Assembly: GCA_964016885.1 (NCBI GenBank)
Contig: OZ024745.1
Location: 122,512,001 to 122,576,000, forward strand
Reading direction: 5' to 3'
DNA: 64,000 bases
Origin: Eledone cirrhosa
Lineage: Eukaryota
Part shown: positions 1 to 12,062 of the stretch, one piece after another
How positions within the stretch are numbered: position 1 is the stretch's first letter
How the letters are laid out: every line of letters begins with the position of its first letter
Program-made: the position numbers and the translations under genes
The notes under the pieces: generated by a model
The model's database searches: none
The model's input: only the letters and a program-made list of their open reading frames with translations
Told to the model about the DNA's origin: nothing

Positions 1-194
1 CTTGCAAGCAGGGAAAAGCAGACGTAAAATGATGCTGATGATGATGATGATGATGATTATACCTGTCTGTGATAAACTAGTGGCAGGAACTGAAGAATAT
101 GATATTCATTTTTGGGGAAAATACTTATTAATTATGAAAAATAAAATAAAATAAAATAAAATGAAAACCAGAAAACACTGTTCATTCTACTTAC

Positions 195-374
195 TGCAGG
201 TGGGGCTAATAATATATCTAAATCAACTTTATTGCTATCTTGGCTTTCCTGGTTGATTATGCGTAGTATGCCTGCAGCTGCTTTATGTTCAGCTGGTAAT
301 AAAGAGGTATTACACACCATTTCTTCAAGTAAATCAATCAAAAAAGCTTTCAATTGTGCATCTGTGTCAAAATC
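195..374 (-). CDS. RasGRF: RasGRF exon (DFDTDAQLKAFLIDLLEEM...LLPAEHKAAAGILR...)
   Basis: Acceptor ccctag, donor gtaagt; 180 nt, phase 0->0; resembles RasGRF 'DFE...LLxxExKAAANIIR'. Confidence 0.93.
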
Positions 375-2871
375 CTAGGGAAAATGAAAGAAATGTCATA
401 GATATTATACTGCATTTACAATTATTTTTATTTTAGTATTATTAAGTTAGAAATTATTGATTTCTCAATATTAACCCTTTGAAGAAAAAGCAGCCGGATT
501 ACTGACATAGTGTTATAGTGTGTACACTAAGTGTTCCAGTTTATATAGAGGTTACCAAGTAATCTACTGTTAAATCAGAAGCATCGTTTCATAAAGCCTA
601 TTTCTTGTATGGTGACAGGAATATATATATATATATACATATATATTATATATACAAATATAAATTAGCGAGGATCGTATTTCGGCTATTGGAAATTAGC
701 GAAAGACACCTTCCGAGGAGTGAGGTAAGCGCTCCATAGAAGCTAGTGTTCTAGAGCAACAACGTAAGTTAAGAGGCCAAACACACTGAGACGATGGTTA
801 AACCATTACCCACACAGCCATAGAAATGATCATGCCATTTCGGGTCAAACACATAATAATAATAATAAAATATGATTGTGTATATATATATTATATATAT
901 ATATATACACACACATACATACATATATATATATATATATACACATACATATATATACATACACACATATATATATATATATAATTACATATAAAAACAA
1001 AGCAAGCTAAACGGGTCAAACAAAATATGAATGAAATATTAATGAAATATTTACTATATATATGTATATGTATATATATATATGTATATGTATGTATGTG
1101 TGTGTATATATATATAATTACATATATATATATATATACACACACATACATACATATACATCATCATCACCGTTCTATGTCCGTTCTTCCACGCTAGCAT
1201 GGGTTAGATATATACATATACATATATATAGTAAATATTTCATTAATATTTCATTCATATTTTGTTTGACCCGTTTAGCTTGCTTTGTTTTTTTGGCTTG
1301 GGTGGTTGATAGCTCCTTAACTGCCGTCTCAGTTTGTATGGCCTTTATAACACATGTTTATTGCTCTGGTCCCTTTTGGTCCATGGAGCGCTTGCCAACA
1401 CAAATCGGAAATTGCATTTCACTAATTTCTACTGGCCAAAATGCGATTCTCGCTGAATTTATATTTATATATATAAATATATATATATAATATTTATATA
1501 TATAAATAAATATATATATATATATAATGTAGGAGGTGAATTTTATTGTAGAACAATAAAGCAATGCAAGTATCGGATAAGTAGCACTCAACAGTTTATT
1601 GGACTGGAGTATATATAAGAAGAAATTAAAAGATGGTTAAAACATGGGACGTTTTTAACCATCTTTTAATTTCTTCTTATATATATATATATATATATAT
1701 ATTTCAATGTGTATATAAAGATTTATTTAAGATATAACAGTCAGTATTTTTGTATTTTTACATGAATTTTTCTCATTTTTGTTGATCCAAGTTAAAAGAA
1801 GTTTACAGGCATAAAGCAATATTTTAGAAATTTGATCAAGAAGTTTGCAAAACCAGTGTAGAGGCTGCTCAACTGTAAATTTCTCAGCAGTCACAGGGTT
1901 AACGTGTTTGTTCATTAATCTCTTGCAGAAAAGGAGTGACAATAAAGCAGAGGACTAAATACATTGAATTGAGTTCAATATCAATTTCTGCTATGATAAA
2001 CAAATACTTTTCCTGACACTGGAATTCATGAGATGAAATGAATTAAGGCCTGTCACTTAAAATATTTACTATATTTATACTTGTGTAGTGCTCGTCTTCA
2101 TCCCAAACCGCAAAGTATTATACCCAATGTTCTAATGACTCTGCCAATTTGCCACCTTTGTCAAACCTTATACCTGTCTTAAAAATGAATAATTCTTTAG
2201 TTTCGTTGTCTCACATCATAAGCAATAATAATTGTTTCTACTTTAGGCACAAGGCCAGCAATTACCCAGTTCATTACTGGTACTTTATTTTATCGACCCC
2301 GTAAGGATGAAAGGCAAAGTTAACCTCGACGGGATTTGAACTCAAACCGTAAAGGGACGTAACTATGCTAGAAAGCATGGCGTCCAACCCTCTACTTATA
2401 CTGCCAATTCACCGCAATAATAATGTCCAATGATATTTTAACCCTTTCGTAATTATAATTTTAATGAAAGACAGTGCCTATGATTTTCAATTGATTTTTA
2501 AAATAATCAAACATTTTGAAGAATTTAATAACAACTAATTTTCTCATTATTAAGTTGAGGTTTAGAACATAATTTAGTAAAGGTTCTTATATAAAATCAT
2601 AATTGTTTCTACTTTTGGTACAAGGCCAGCAATCATACCAGTACATGCTGGCTTTGTACCAAAAGTAGAAAGAATTATGATTTTATGTAAGAACCTTTAC
2701 TAAATTCTGTTCTAAAATCTAACTTAATAAAATCATAATGAAATGTTTAAATTTAACTTCAAACACTTTAAACCAAATAGATTTCCATTAGGGAACCAGG
2801 AATGGTTTCAGGTGGATAGATATATCTAAAGGTTTAAAACATGCATAAAGTACATTTCTCTTTTTTTTTAC

Positions 2872-2969
2872 CTGATAATGTTTTGAAACCCAATGTTTCA
2901 TTACGTTTAGAACCCTCATTGTAGCCGCTGCACTTAACACAGATTCTCGTTTCTTTGTTTTATTATCCA
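2872..2969 (-). CDS. RasGRF: RasGRF exon, REM C-terminal half (...AAATMRVLNVMKHWVSKHYQ)
   Basis: Acceptor ttgcag, donor gtaaaa; 98 nt, phase 1->0; REM motif RVLNVxxHWVSKH. Confidence 0.95.
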
Positions 2970-3080
2970 CTGCAAAGAAATGAAAATCGAGAATATTCCA
3001 TAATCACTATGGATAAAAGAAAAAATTACCAAAAAGATGCCCATGACATGGGTTAAAGAGGTTTGTAAACTTCTTCTTTC

Positions 3081-3266
3081 ATAATTGTTTCTACTTTTGG
3101 CACAAGGCCACAATTACCCAGTGCATTACTGGTACTTTATTTTATCGACCCCATAAGGATGAAAGGCAAAATTAACCTCGGCGGGATTTGAACTCAGAAT
3201 GGCAAGGGCCGTAACTCTATGCGACAAAGCATGTCGTCTGACCCTCTACCGATACTGCCAATCCAC
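3081..3266 (-). mobile_element. tRNA-derived SINE family A (Deu/Nin-like core); representative of about 17 copies in the window
   Basis: A box TGGCAGTATCGG, B box GAGTTCAAATCC, core GCCTTTCATCCTT..GGGGTCGATAAAATAAAGTACCAG. Other copies near 2230, 10966, 15895, 22600, 23385, 29090, 35460, 38225, 38866(+), 41634 and 62670-63640. Confidence 0.9.
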
Positions 3267-3267
3267 A

Positions 3268-3590
3268 TAATAATGGATGGGTGCTACACGAGAATGCTGA
3301 GGATGGCTCTGAACATTAATCAGTGTACACTGAGAATGAAGAACTCAGAGCTGTATGGGAGTCTCCCAAAAGTCAGCTTGAAAGTAGCACAGAAGAGACT
3401 GAGGTTAGTTGGACATGCTCACCAACATTCGGAGTTGACACTGCACTAAGTGGTCCTGTGGGAGCCCCTACATGGACACACTAGAAGAGAGAGACATATG
3501 TTCATGCCCCAAGAACAGACACTGGTCTCTGGGAGATGAAGGACATGGCAGCAATGATGAAAGACAGAGACTGCTGGAGAGAACTCGTCC
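3268..3590 (+). mobile_element. LINE 3' ORF fragment
   Basis: DGCYTRMLRMALNI...ELYGSLPKVS...RLRLVGH...WEP.HG motif. Confidence 0.75.
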
Positions 3591-5245
3591 ATGGATCTCA
3601 GGAATTTTACCCACCCTAGAATTAGAGGTATTTTTGTTTGACCTTCATCAGTTTCAATGATGTTCAAATTGTTTATTCAATGGAATGGCCTCCTCATTAA
3701 ATTAACATGTATGTGGATAAATATTCCACATACATATGAAACATTGATAAAAGCAAAATTACCAAACATATGTCCATGCCATGATTGAAAACACATTCAT
3801 AAACTTCTTCATTCATGCTGTTATTTGACTCTCTTACATATTCAATCCAGGGCCTTTTCACACCTGCCAGAGGAACCCCTCCCTGATTGACCTCCACCAT
3901 TTTCTGTTTTGGTTTTGGTCATGTAAGGGGTGTAGCCGTACTCACCACACTTGGTCAATTGCGGGTTGGTGAGGCTATTTAACCCATAGCTGGGTAAACT
4001 CATTTCTACAGCTAAGTGAACTGGAGCAACGTGAAATAAAGTGTTTTGCTAAAGAAAACAACGCAAAGTCCAGTCCGAGAATCGAACTCACAACCTCAGG
4101 ATTGCAAGCCCGATGCTCTAACCATTAAACCATGCGCCTTCACACTGTTACATATATAGATGTGAAAATAGAGATATTCTTGTTTGACCTATCAGTTTTG
4201 TAGTGTTATGTAATGATGATCAAGGGAAACATACATAACAAATACATTTATATTGTGGAAAGAAATATTTATATGAAGTGACTGATAAGTTGAGGTGGCC
4301 TAAAATAAGAAGGTGAGTGTTGTATTATTTACTACTCCAGAGATATTAGACACAATATCAAGTAGTCCTACACATACTACTAGCGACTTTGGTAAGGAAT
4401 GTTCCAGTTGTTCAGTTAATGGAATGGCCAACTTGTTAAAGTAACATTTGTGTGGCTGAGTATTTCACAGATTTATGCATCTTTAATGTAATTTTTGAGG
4501 AGATTCAGTGGAAAAGTGCATGACAAAACTGGATTTTTACATTATAGTTAAAGCCCATCAAATGGACTTCTAAACAGTTTCTGTCTTGCCAGTTTTACTT
4601 ACAAGGCTTGGAAACTTCATGAATTTGCATGTCACCCTTGTGCAAGTGCTATGATAGTTTTCTTTGTATCTTCTTTTTCTTCTTCTTCTTTGCCCACATA
4701 ATCTTGGAAGTGTGAGGGGGGGGGGGGGGCAGAGTCCTCAAGTACTCCTTCCAGAGGGTACTGTCAGAAGCAATCATCTCCAATTGATCCAACTGGATCC
4801 CCAACCATCTTGCTCAGGGTCTACTCTTGGGTCTTTTGCCAGTAAGGTTTGCCTATAATATCTGTCGAGTGATTCTTTCTTGAGACATTCTAACCACTTT
4901 TCTGTAATATCGAAGCTGTGATTTCCCAATTAGGAGAAGTAATGTCTCTACCTGGAGTAACTCTCTTATCTCTGAGCTATGTACTTTATCAAGTAACGTT
5001 ATTTCAAAGGCTCTGCAAATTCCATTCGTAATTGTATTCACATTATGAAGTTCACTTTATAAATATGTGGTTTTAAGTTTAATCCCACTCCATGGAAATT
5101 TGGGCAATTGTCAGAAACTGTACTGAATTCAGTTGAATATATACATGTATGTAATCATCAGATAAAATATGAAGTGTGTTTTATAAATTTTGACATTTCC
5201 TTGGTTATGTCACAATTTATAAATAATTTATAAAACACACTTCGT

Positions 5246-5304
5246 ATTTTATCTGATGATAGTGTACCAAAATTTTGGTACCCTTGAAATATATATAATA
5301 GAAT
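5246..5304 (+). ncRNA. Minimal type I hammerhead ribozyme motif (partly decayed)
   Basis: Stem I AUUUUAU(5246-52)/AUAGAAU(5298-304); core CUGAUGA 5253-59; stem II GUACCAAA/UUUGGUAC with a mismatched base; GAAA 5286-89; short palindromic stem III; cleavage triplet AUA at 5295-97; AATAAA follows. Confidence 0.7.
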
Positions 5305-5865
5305 AAATATGGTTTTATAAATATAATTTCCACTTATTTAATATCATTGAATATTATACTCCAGAAAACTTGTCGAGTGCTCTGAATCAGTTATAAACAA
5401 TTATATTTGTTGAATTACCAACAAATTGAATATCCCTTCTGCTTACATGTATGTATATATTAATGTCAGGATAAAATGCACCTAGGTACCTCATCCAGGT
5501 GTAGAAACCATGCTAAAAATCTTGCCAAGTTGTCATTTCTCATACCATGATGACCCATCCAACACATGCCAGTACCTAAAATAACTATGGTGATGATGAT
5601 GATGATATGTGAATGTGTCTGTTTGATTTGTATTTGACATTATTTGTGCAGAGAGTAATGTTTGTTTATGTCCCACATACACAATATGCCCTGCAGCTCA
5701 GTGGTTCAAAGGTCAGTACCTTATTGAAGGAAAACTGCTTTGAAACAAGTTTCATCCAATTCATGCATGGAAAAGCTGGCAGAAAAAACAATGATGATGA
5801 TGTTTTGATGTTGATAATAATTTTTAATTTTATAAAATATTATAGTTTACTTGAAGCATTGTATA

Positions 5866-6753
5866 TCTATATATATAAAACTGAGGATGTCTGTCTGTGT
5901 GTGAGTTTGAATCCCTAAACCTCTAGAAACACCCAACCGACTGTTTTCAAACTTTACACATGTAATACTTATGTTTCACGGAGTATTCTGAGCCAAAAAA
6001 ATTTTCAAATTTTCAATGCCCTAGGGACCACATTAGGCGATTTAGCGATCTCTCTCTACAATTCTTAGTCTTTCTCTTTTTAGATAGATACATACATATA
6101 ACGTCGTGCCCTTATAATATCTGTTTGTATATCTGGCTGTCTGCATTACATCACTGCCCTGAGGATGTCTGTGTGTGTGTGTGTGTGTGTCTGTGAGTTT
6201 GAATCCCTAAAACTCGAGAAGTACCCAACCGATTTTTTTCAAAGTTTACATGTATATTACTTATGTTTCAGGGAGCGACTACATTAGGCGAAAAACTGCG
6301 TTTTTTAAGCTTTTTAGAGGTTTTTTGAGACGTTACGTCAGACTGATTTCCTTAAAATTGTAACTATGTATTAGTCAGTCTCTTCTTCATACCGTGAGCA
6401 AAGAAAATCCAACTTTTTTATGGCCTAGGGCCCGCATTAGGTGAAAAACTTCATTTTTTCAGCTTCTTAGGGCTTTTTGGAGGCATTACGTCTAGCCGAT
6501 TTTCCCGAAATTTCAAGGCATATTATGAACATAAAAAAAATTCATTTTCTTGATCCCCTAGGGCCCGCATTAGGTGAAAACCTGCATTTTTCCTGCTTCA
6601 TCGAGGAAAATCTTAAAGATTATCCAGCCATCAGAGTATTCGGTTTATTTTCTTTACATATTGTCCTGGCATGCAGTTTTTCCACAATTAGATCTGTTGG
6701 CGGCCCGCATTCCAAAATACCTTATCCCGTGCAACGCTGGGTACCACTGCTAG
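5866..6753 (+). mobile_element. Complete non-autonomous Helitron
   Basis: A|TC 5' end, 3' GC hairpin cccgtgcaacgctggg followed by CTAG|T, GTCT/GT microsatellite near the 5' end, internal duplication (about 5881 vs 6159). Confidence 0.85.
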
Positions 6754-6756
6754 TAA

Positions 6757-7130
6757 TATATATAACGTTGAAAGAGATAGAAGGCTGAACAATGCAAAAA
6801 TGGACTGTAAGATGAGGTAACAAAAAGTAAAAGTTACCGAGTAATCTTTGTTTTGTTTTGTTGTTGTTCTTTTATCTGTCCAATGTTTTGGGACGTAAAA
6901 GTCCCTTCATCAGGGTTTAAGGAACCTTCAGTGGATAACGTTCTAATTTCCTCTCTTTGGGATAAAATTTTGATTTTGATTAAACTTTTTTCTAAGAGTA
7001 TTCAGGTTTTAGATGAAGATAGTGTACCTGATAATTTTTTAGTAGAAATATTGTCTTGCATTTCAAACTGTTCTCCTAAAAGGACACAACCTTTAATTAA
7101 ACATGGTACACTTCCAATCTAAGAGAGCTT
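6757..7130 (-). mobile_element. Penelope-like pLTR-type fragment with hammerhead-like core; second copy at about 39875-40075
   Basis: Minus strand 6878-6918 reads CTGATGA-A-GGGAC-ttttac-GTCCC-AAAAC; the copy at 39993-40033 keeps GAAA but has lost CTGATGA. Confidence 0.45.
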
Positions 7131-7881
7131 TAGTTGTGCCTATTATTTATCTCTGGATTAATTAATATATTAAAATTCCTGAATGTTGATCTAACTAATC
7201 TTCATCTAATTTAGCTTCTGTTCTCTCCTTCATTGTACTCAGAATTTTTGTGTGAACATAAATCTATATATAAATTTCTGGGATTCTGTCACAACATGTA
7301 AAGTGAGAGGTGTCATTTGACTACCTCATACTACTCCTCTCTCTTTACGTCTGCTGCCTGTGTGTATGTATGTGTGTGTAAAAGGAAGGAAGGGGATGGT
7401 GAAAAAACTACACTGTGTGTGAGTGTATGTGTATGTGTGTGTTTCTGTAAATGTATGTGTGTGTTTGTGTGAATGTATGTGAGTGTGTATTTTTGTAAGT
7501 GTGTCTGTGTTTGCACATTCATATTTATATACTCATACATATTTGTAAAGGCGTGTGGCTGAGTGGTTAGAGAATTGGATTCACAATCATGAGGTTGTGT
7601 GTTTGATTCCTGGACCGGGTGATGCAGTATGTTCTTGGTCAAGACATTTTATTTCACGTTGCTCCTTATACCTGGAGTTGCGACCGATAGAGAGTATTAG
7701 CAATTGGAAAGACCAATGGAAACATTGTTTCCTTGGTCCGATTTGACAAAAAGTTGCTCAACTGTCTCTACTCATACATATAAATGTATGCATATGCACA
7801 TATACACGTATGCACACACATATACACGTACATGTCAGCATATCAAAAACAATTCTAGTATAGAAAATTTTTCTTACTTAC

Positions 7882-7982
7882 CTGGATTTAAATATTGCCG
7901 GCTTCCTTTTGGGTGATCAAGTGGATTTGTAGACCCCGCAGTTGCGGCAGCAAATGCAGTGGTAGCTGCAGAAGAACTGGAT
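7882..7982 (-). CDS. RasGRF: RasGRF exon (SSSSAATTAFAAATAGSTNP...)
   Basis: Acceptor atatag, donor gtaagt; 101 nt, phase 2->1; resembles RasGRF 'SAASAFAIATAG'. Confidence 0.92.
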
Positions 7983-8634
7983 CTATATGCAAACAAATTT
8001 CAAATAATCAGAAAAACAAGTAAAATATCATACATTGTTAAAGTAAAGTTTTTAGTATGTAGATCATAATTTTGCAATGAGAAAGTTCTGAATTTCTATA
8101 ATTTTGAGTGATGTCATCTTTCATATAAATTCATATTTCTTGAAATATCAGAAGATATATCTAATGAAATACAATGATACTCTTAACTAACTATGTAAAA
8201 ATATAATTCTCCAATAAAAATTAGGTAAATGTTTTAACCCTTTAGCATTTACATTACTCTATATATTCTATTTTATTTTCATGGTAAAGGCTTTATCTAG
8301 CATAATTGTCTCACATAATATCTGAGATTTTGATGTAATTTATTTTGAGAACAATACCTTAATGTTAGTATGAGCGGCCAGTTACAACCAGTTTGAACAG
8401 AGAGAGGTGAGAGAACTCTGGTCGGATACAGCCGGTTTAAAAACATACTCTATTTAGGGAACATATAAATTGCCATTGCAGGCTTTATAAATACAGTCAA
8501 TATGACTTTTGTAGCAAGGCTTCTAATTAAAAAACTGTAGTTCTATTTACATGAAATTTATCGTATATCTTCTAACATACAGTGGCTTCAGTTAAATATT
8601 GATTATTTATATAATTCTATCATCCAATACGTAC

Positions 8635-8767
8635 CGCCGTTTTGACTGGCGTGATGATGTAACAACAGTTCCCGCTCTAGCCTGCGGGGGTGAACCATCT
8701 GCCTGGGCAAAACTGCTTCTGGGGGTTGAAATTGATTCAGCTTCTGCACTACCTCTTTTGCTGGAAA
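8635..8767 (-). CDS. RasGRF: RasGRF exon (SSKRGSAEAE...ARAGTVVTSSRQSKRR)
   Basis: Acceptor ttctag, donor gtacgt; 133 nt, phase 1->2; resembles RasGRF 'GVVMTSCR'. Confidence 0.88.
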
Positions 8768-9730
8768 CTAGAAATACACAATATGAATAAATACATTTCT
8801 TAGATGTAGATATGACACATATATAGAATAATAGCTATCTGCTGTCAAGTTTCATTCAGAGGCTTTCTTATAAATACAAGGATTGGTGTCCCACCTATGT
8901 TTGATCAGTATAATCATGTGGTTTAACCTTTTAGCCTTTACATTACTCTATATTTACTATTATATTTTTGTGGTAAAGGCTTTACCTCATATAATATCTC
9001 ACATAACATTTACATTACTCTATATTTACTATTATATTTTCACAGTAAAGGCTTTACCTTACATAATTATCTCTCATTATATCAAATTTATGAGATTTTG
9101 ATATTATTTATTTTGAAAACAATACCTTAACATCAGTATGAGTGGCCAGTTACAGCCAGTTTGAACAGAAAGAGGTGAGAGAGTTCTGGCTGGATATGGC
9201 TGGTTTAACACTTTAGCATTTAAACCAGCTGTATCTGGCCAGAATTCTCTCCCCCCTTTCTCTTCGAACAGGCTATAACCAGCCACTCATACTGATGTTA
9301 AGGTATTGTTCTCAAAATAAAAAATATCAAAATCTCACAGATTTGATGTTATGTAAGATAATTCTATAAGGTAAAGCCTTTACTGTGAAAATATAATAGT
9401 AAATATAGAGTAATGTAAATGCTAAAGAATTAATACAATTAGTTCTTTGTGAGTTAACAATAATTGAACTAACGAAAGTTAATTGAATAATTATCGAACT
9501 GAAGCACATACGTCCTTATAATACATCCTATCACTGGGGTTTATTTTCAACTCTTTATAAATTAAGGATTAATACAACAATACATATTTAAATACTTTCT
9601 ATATATATCTATACATTTAAGAAACAAATTCTGCTACAATTCCAAAGTATGTAATATTTTTAAGGTTTGGAGACTTGTGAAAACCTCTATGAAGCAATTG
9701 TTTAAAAGAACAAAATTGAAAGTAACTCAC

Positions 9731-10624
9731 ATATGTTTTTCATGCTGGGCACTATCATGTTTGGAGAAGAGTAACTGTAACCAAGGATTGGAGATGGGGC
9801 ACGGCGGAGCTTTGGACTCGATGTTGGAGACCTAACAACAGAGCCTCTTGGAGACTGCATATGTCTTGGGGAAGCGGATAAAACTGGGGTTTTACTTGGG
9901 GAGGACGTGACTTTGGCAGCAAAAGCCTTGGTTGGGCTCTCAATTGAAGAACACGAGATTGAATCAAGGCTATGTAAACTGCCAGTAGCTTTCACTGGGG
10001 TTGATGGCCGAGTATAGAACTCCACTTGTTTCATCGGTAGGCTCTTCCGTGGACTACTTACTGGGGATGAGATTGGTGTGCCAGTTTTTACTGGAGTAGA
10101 TGGCCTTGATAATCTAGAGTCACCGACATTGATTGGCACAAACTTCCGAGGACTTGTAAGGCCTGATGATGATGAGCTGACTGTTTGTCCGAGAAAACTA
10201 TCATTTATTAATTTGTTTGGCACAAATTGTCTGGAAGGGCTTATAGGGGAAGTAGCTGGGCTAACTTTCATTGATTTAGGGGTTAAAGTGTCTGTACTTG
10301 GAGTAGAACTCAGTGTTGCGTGAGTGAGCCCATCATATAATGTTTCTGATGATGAAACATACACAGGTGTGGTTGAAGGAGCCAAAAGCTTAGCATGTTT
10401 CTCATTTTCCAATTCATCACAGTCCTTTAGTGAAATTGGATAATTTTCCATAACAGCTTTCGACTCCTTCAGGAAGACATCATCAGATGTTGTGATAATA
10501 GGAATTTCATGATCATATAGGGTTTCACATGAAGCAATTGGCGCTAACTTGGGCCTGGAGGGTTTAAGATAGGAAGATATTTCCGATTGGCTTTCTTCAC
10601 TTTCTGTAGAATCACCACCACGAT
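9731..10624 (-). CDS. RasGRF: RasGRF large S/P/T-rich exon inside the split REM region
   Basis: Acceptor attcag, donor gtgagt; 894 nt, phase 1->1, open throughout (includes most of ORF 9702..10451). Confidence 0.9.
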
Positions 10625-11284
10625 CTGAATAAAAGAAACAAAGGAAATAATAAATAAAGGATTAATATAATAAGAAATAATAATAATAGTAAATCATTTT
10701 ATCTTTGAAACTGATAACTAAAAATTCTTTCATTTGTAAAATATGAATCTTGAATATATATATCTAAATTTCAATTTTTTACTCTTGAGTTTGGAAGAGG
10801 ATTTTGGTGCCCGTGGACTGGGTGCTTTTTGTCGTGACACCTACATGACAACTTTACAGTGCATACTGAGCACTCGCTTTTGTCAGAGTATAAGAATAGC
10901 AATAAAGGTAACAGTACTACCATTAGTAACAGTAGTAATGATAATGATCAATACTACTAAAAAAATAATTGTTTCTACTTTTGGCACAAGGCCAGCAATT
11001 ACCCAGTGCATTACTGGTACTTTATTTTATCGACCCCGTAAGAATGAAAGGCAAAGTTAACCTCGGCGGGATTTGAACTCAGAATGGCAAGGGCCGTAAT
11101 TCTATGCGTCAAAGCATGGTGTCCGACCCTCTACCGATACTGCCAATCCACTGCCCTCATACTACTAAAAAAAATAATTGTTTCTACTTTTGGCACAAGG
11201 CCAGCAATTACCCAGTACATTACTGGTACTAAAAAAATAAAAAATAATGATGTGTAATTCATCTGTCTTTCATCTTGTACTTAC

Positions 11285-11505
11285 ATTTGTGAAATGCACT
11301 GGGAGTACATGGGGGTGCTGCGGGGACACTAGCCTTGTCAGCAGCCACTTGTCTACTATCACCTGTGATCTCTGTTCTCATACAGCCCGTGCTGATTCGA
11401 CGGCCATTCGGTTGAGGTCGAATAAGTAGGCGGGAATCTGGAGGGCTTCCACTGAATTGAACCGTATTATCTTGACCTTCTTGATAGCCATCTTGATCGT
11501 TCATA
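11285..11505 (-). CDS. RasGRF: RasGRF exon, REM insert (MNDQDGYQEG...RRISTG...PSAFHK)
   Basis: Acceptor ttatag, donor gtaagt; 221 nt, phase 2->1, fits both neighbours; open frame with higher GC than the flanks. Confidence 0.85.
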
Positions 11506-12062
11506 CTATAATTAGAAAGAAATTACAGAGTCAATAAAGAATGAAGTATATGGAGAAATAAGTTAAAACAAACAAAAATACTTCACCATATATTTGTATA
11601 CTTTCTGTATGAATCCAGTTTAAAATAGGTATACATGAATCCAGTTTAAAATAGGTACATATGTATGTCAGAGGAGGGGACATAAAATTGGTGCCAAGAA
11701 GGGCATCCAGCTGTATTTATTGCCTCGAAAAGAACCCCATGATCAGTATGAATTATAGCATGGAGCCTGAAAAGTTAACAGGAAATTTAGCAGGAAAAAA
11801 TGACCTTAAAAAGATTGTTGTTATGTCGTGGGTATATTTAAATATATGGTTTCTTGTTTATATGCTTGTATTTAAGCATATGTTTTGCATTCTGTGCTTT
11901 ATCATGTTTCTATATCAAGAGTCATCTGTCATAATGGAATCAAGCAATACATACTAAGACATGCTAAGTTGAGAGTTTACAAAGCAGTTATTCTACAACA
12001 CTCTTATATGATTGTGAAGTGCGGATGTTTTATTGAAATGCAAATAAAGGTTGGAATGCTTC

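Noticed and set aside
10078-10323. Plus-strand 81-aa ORF
   Set aside because: Antisense shadow of the large RasGRF exon.
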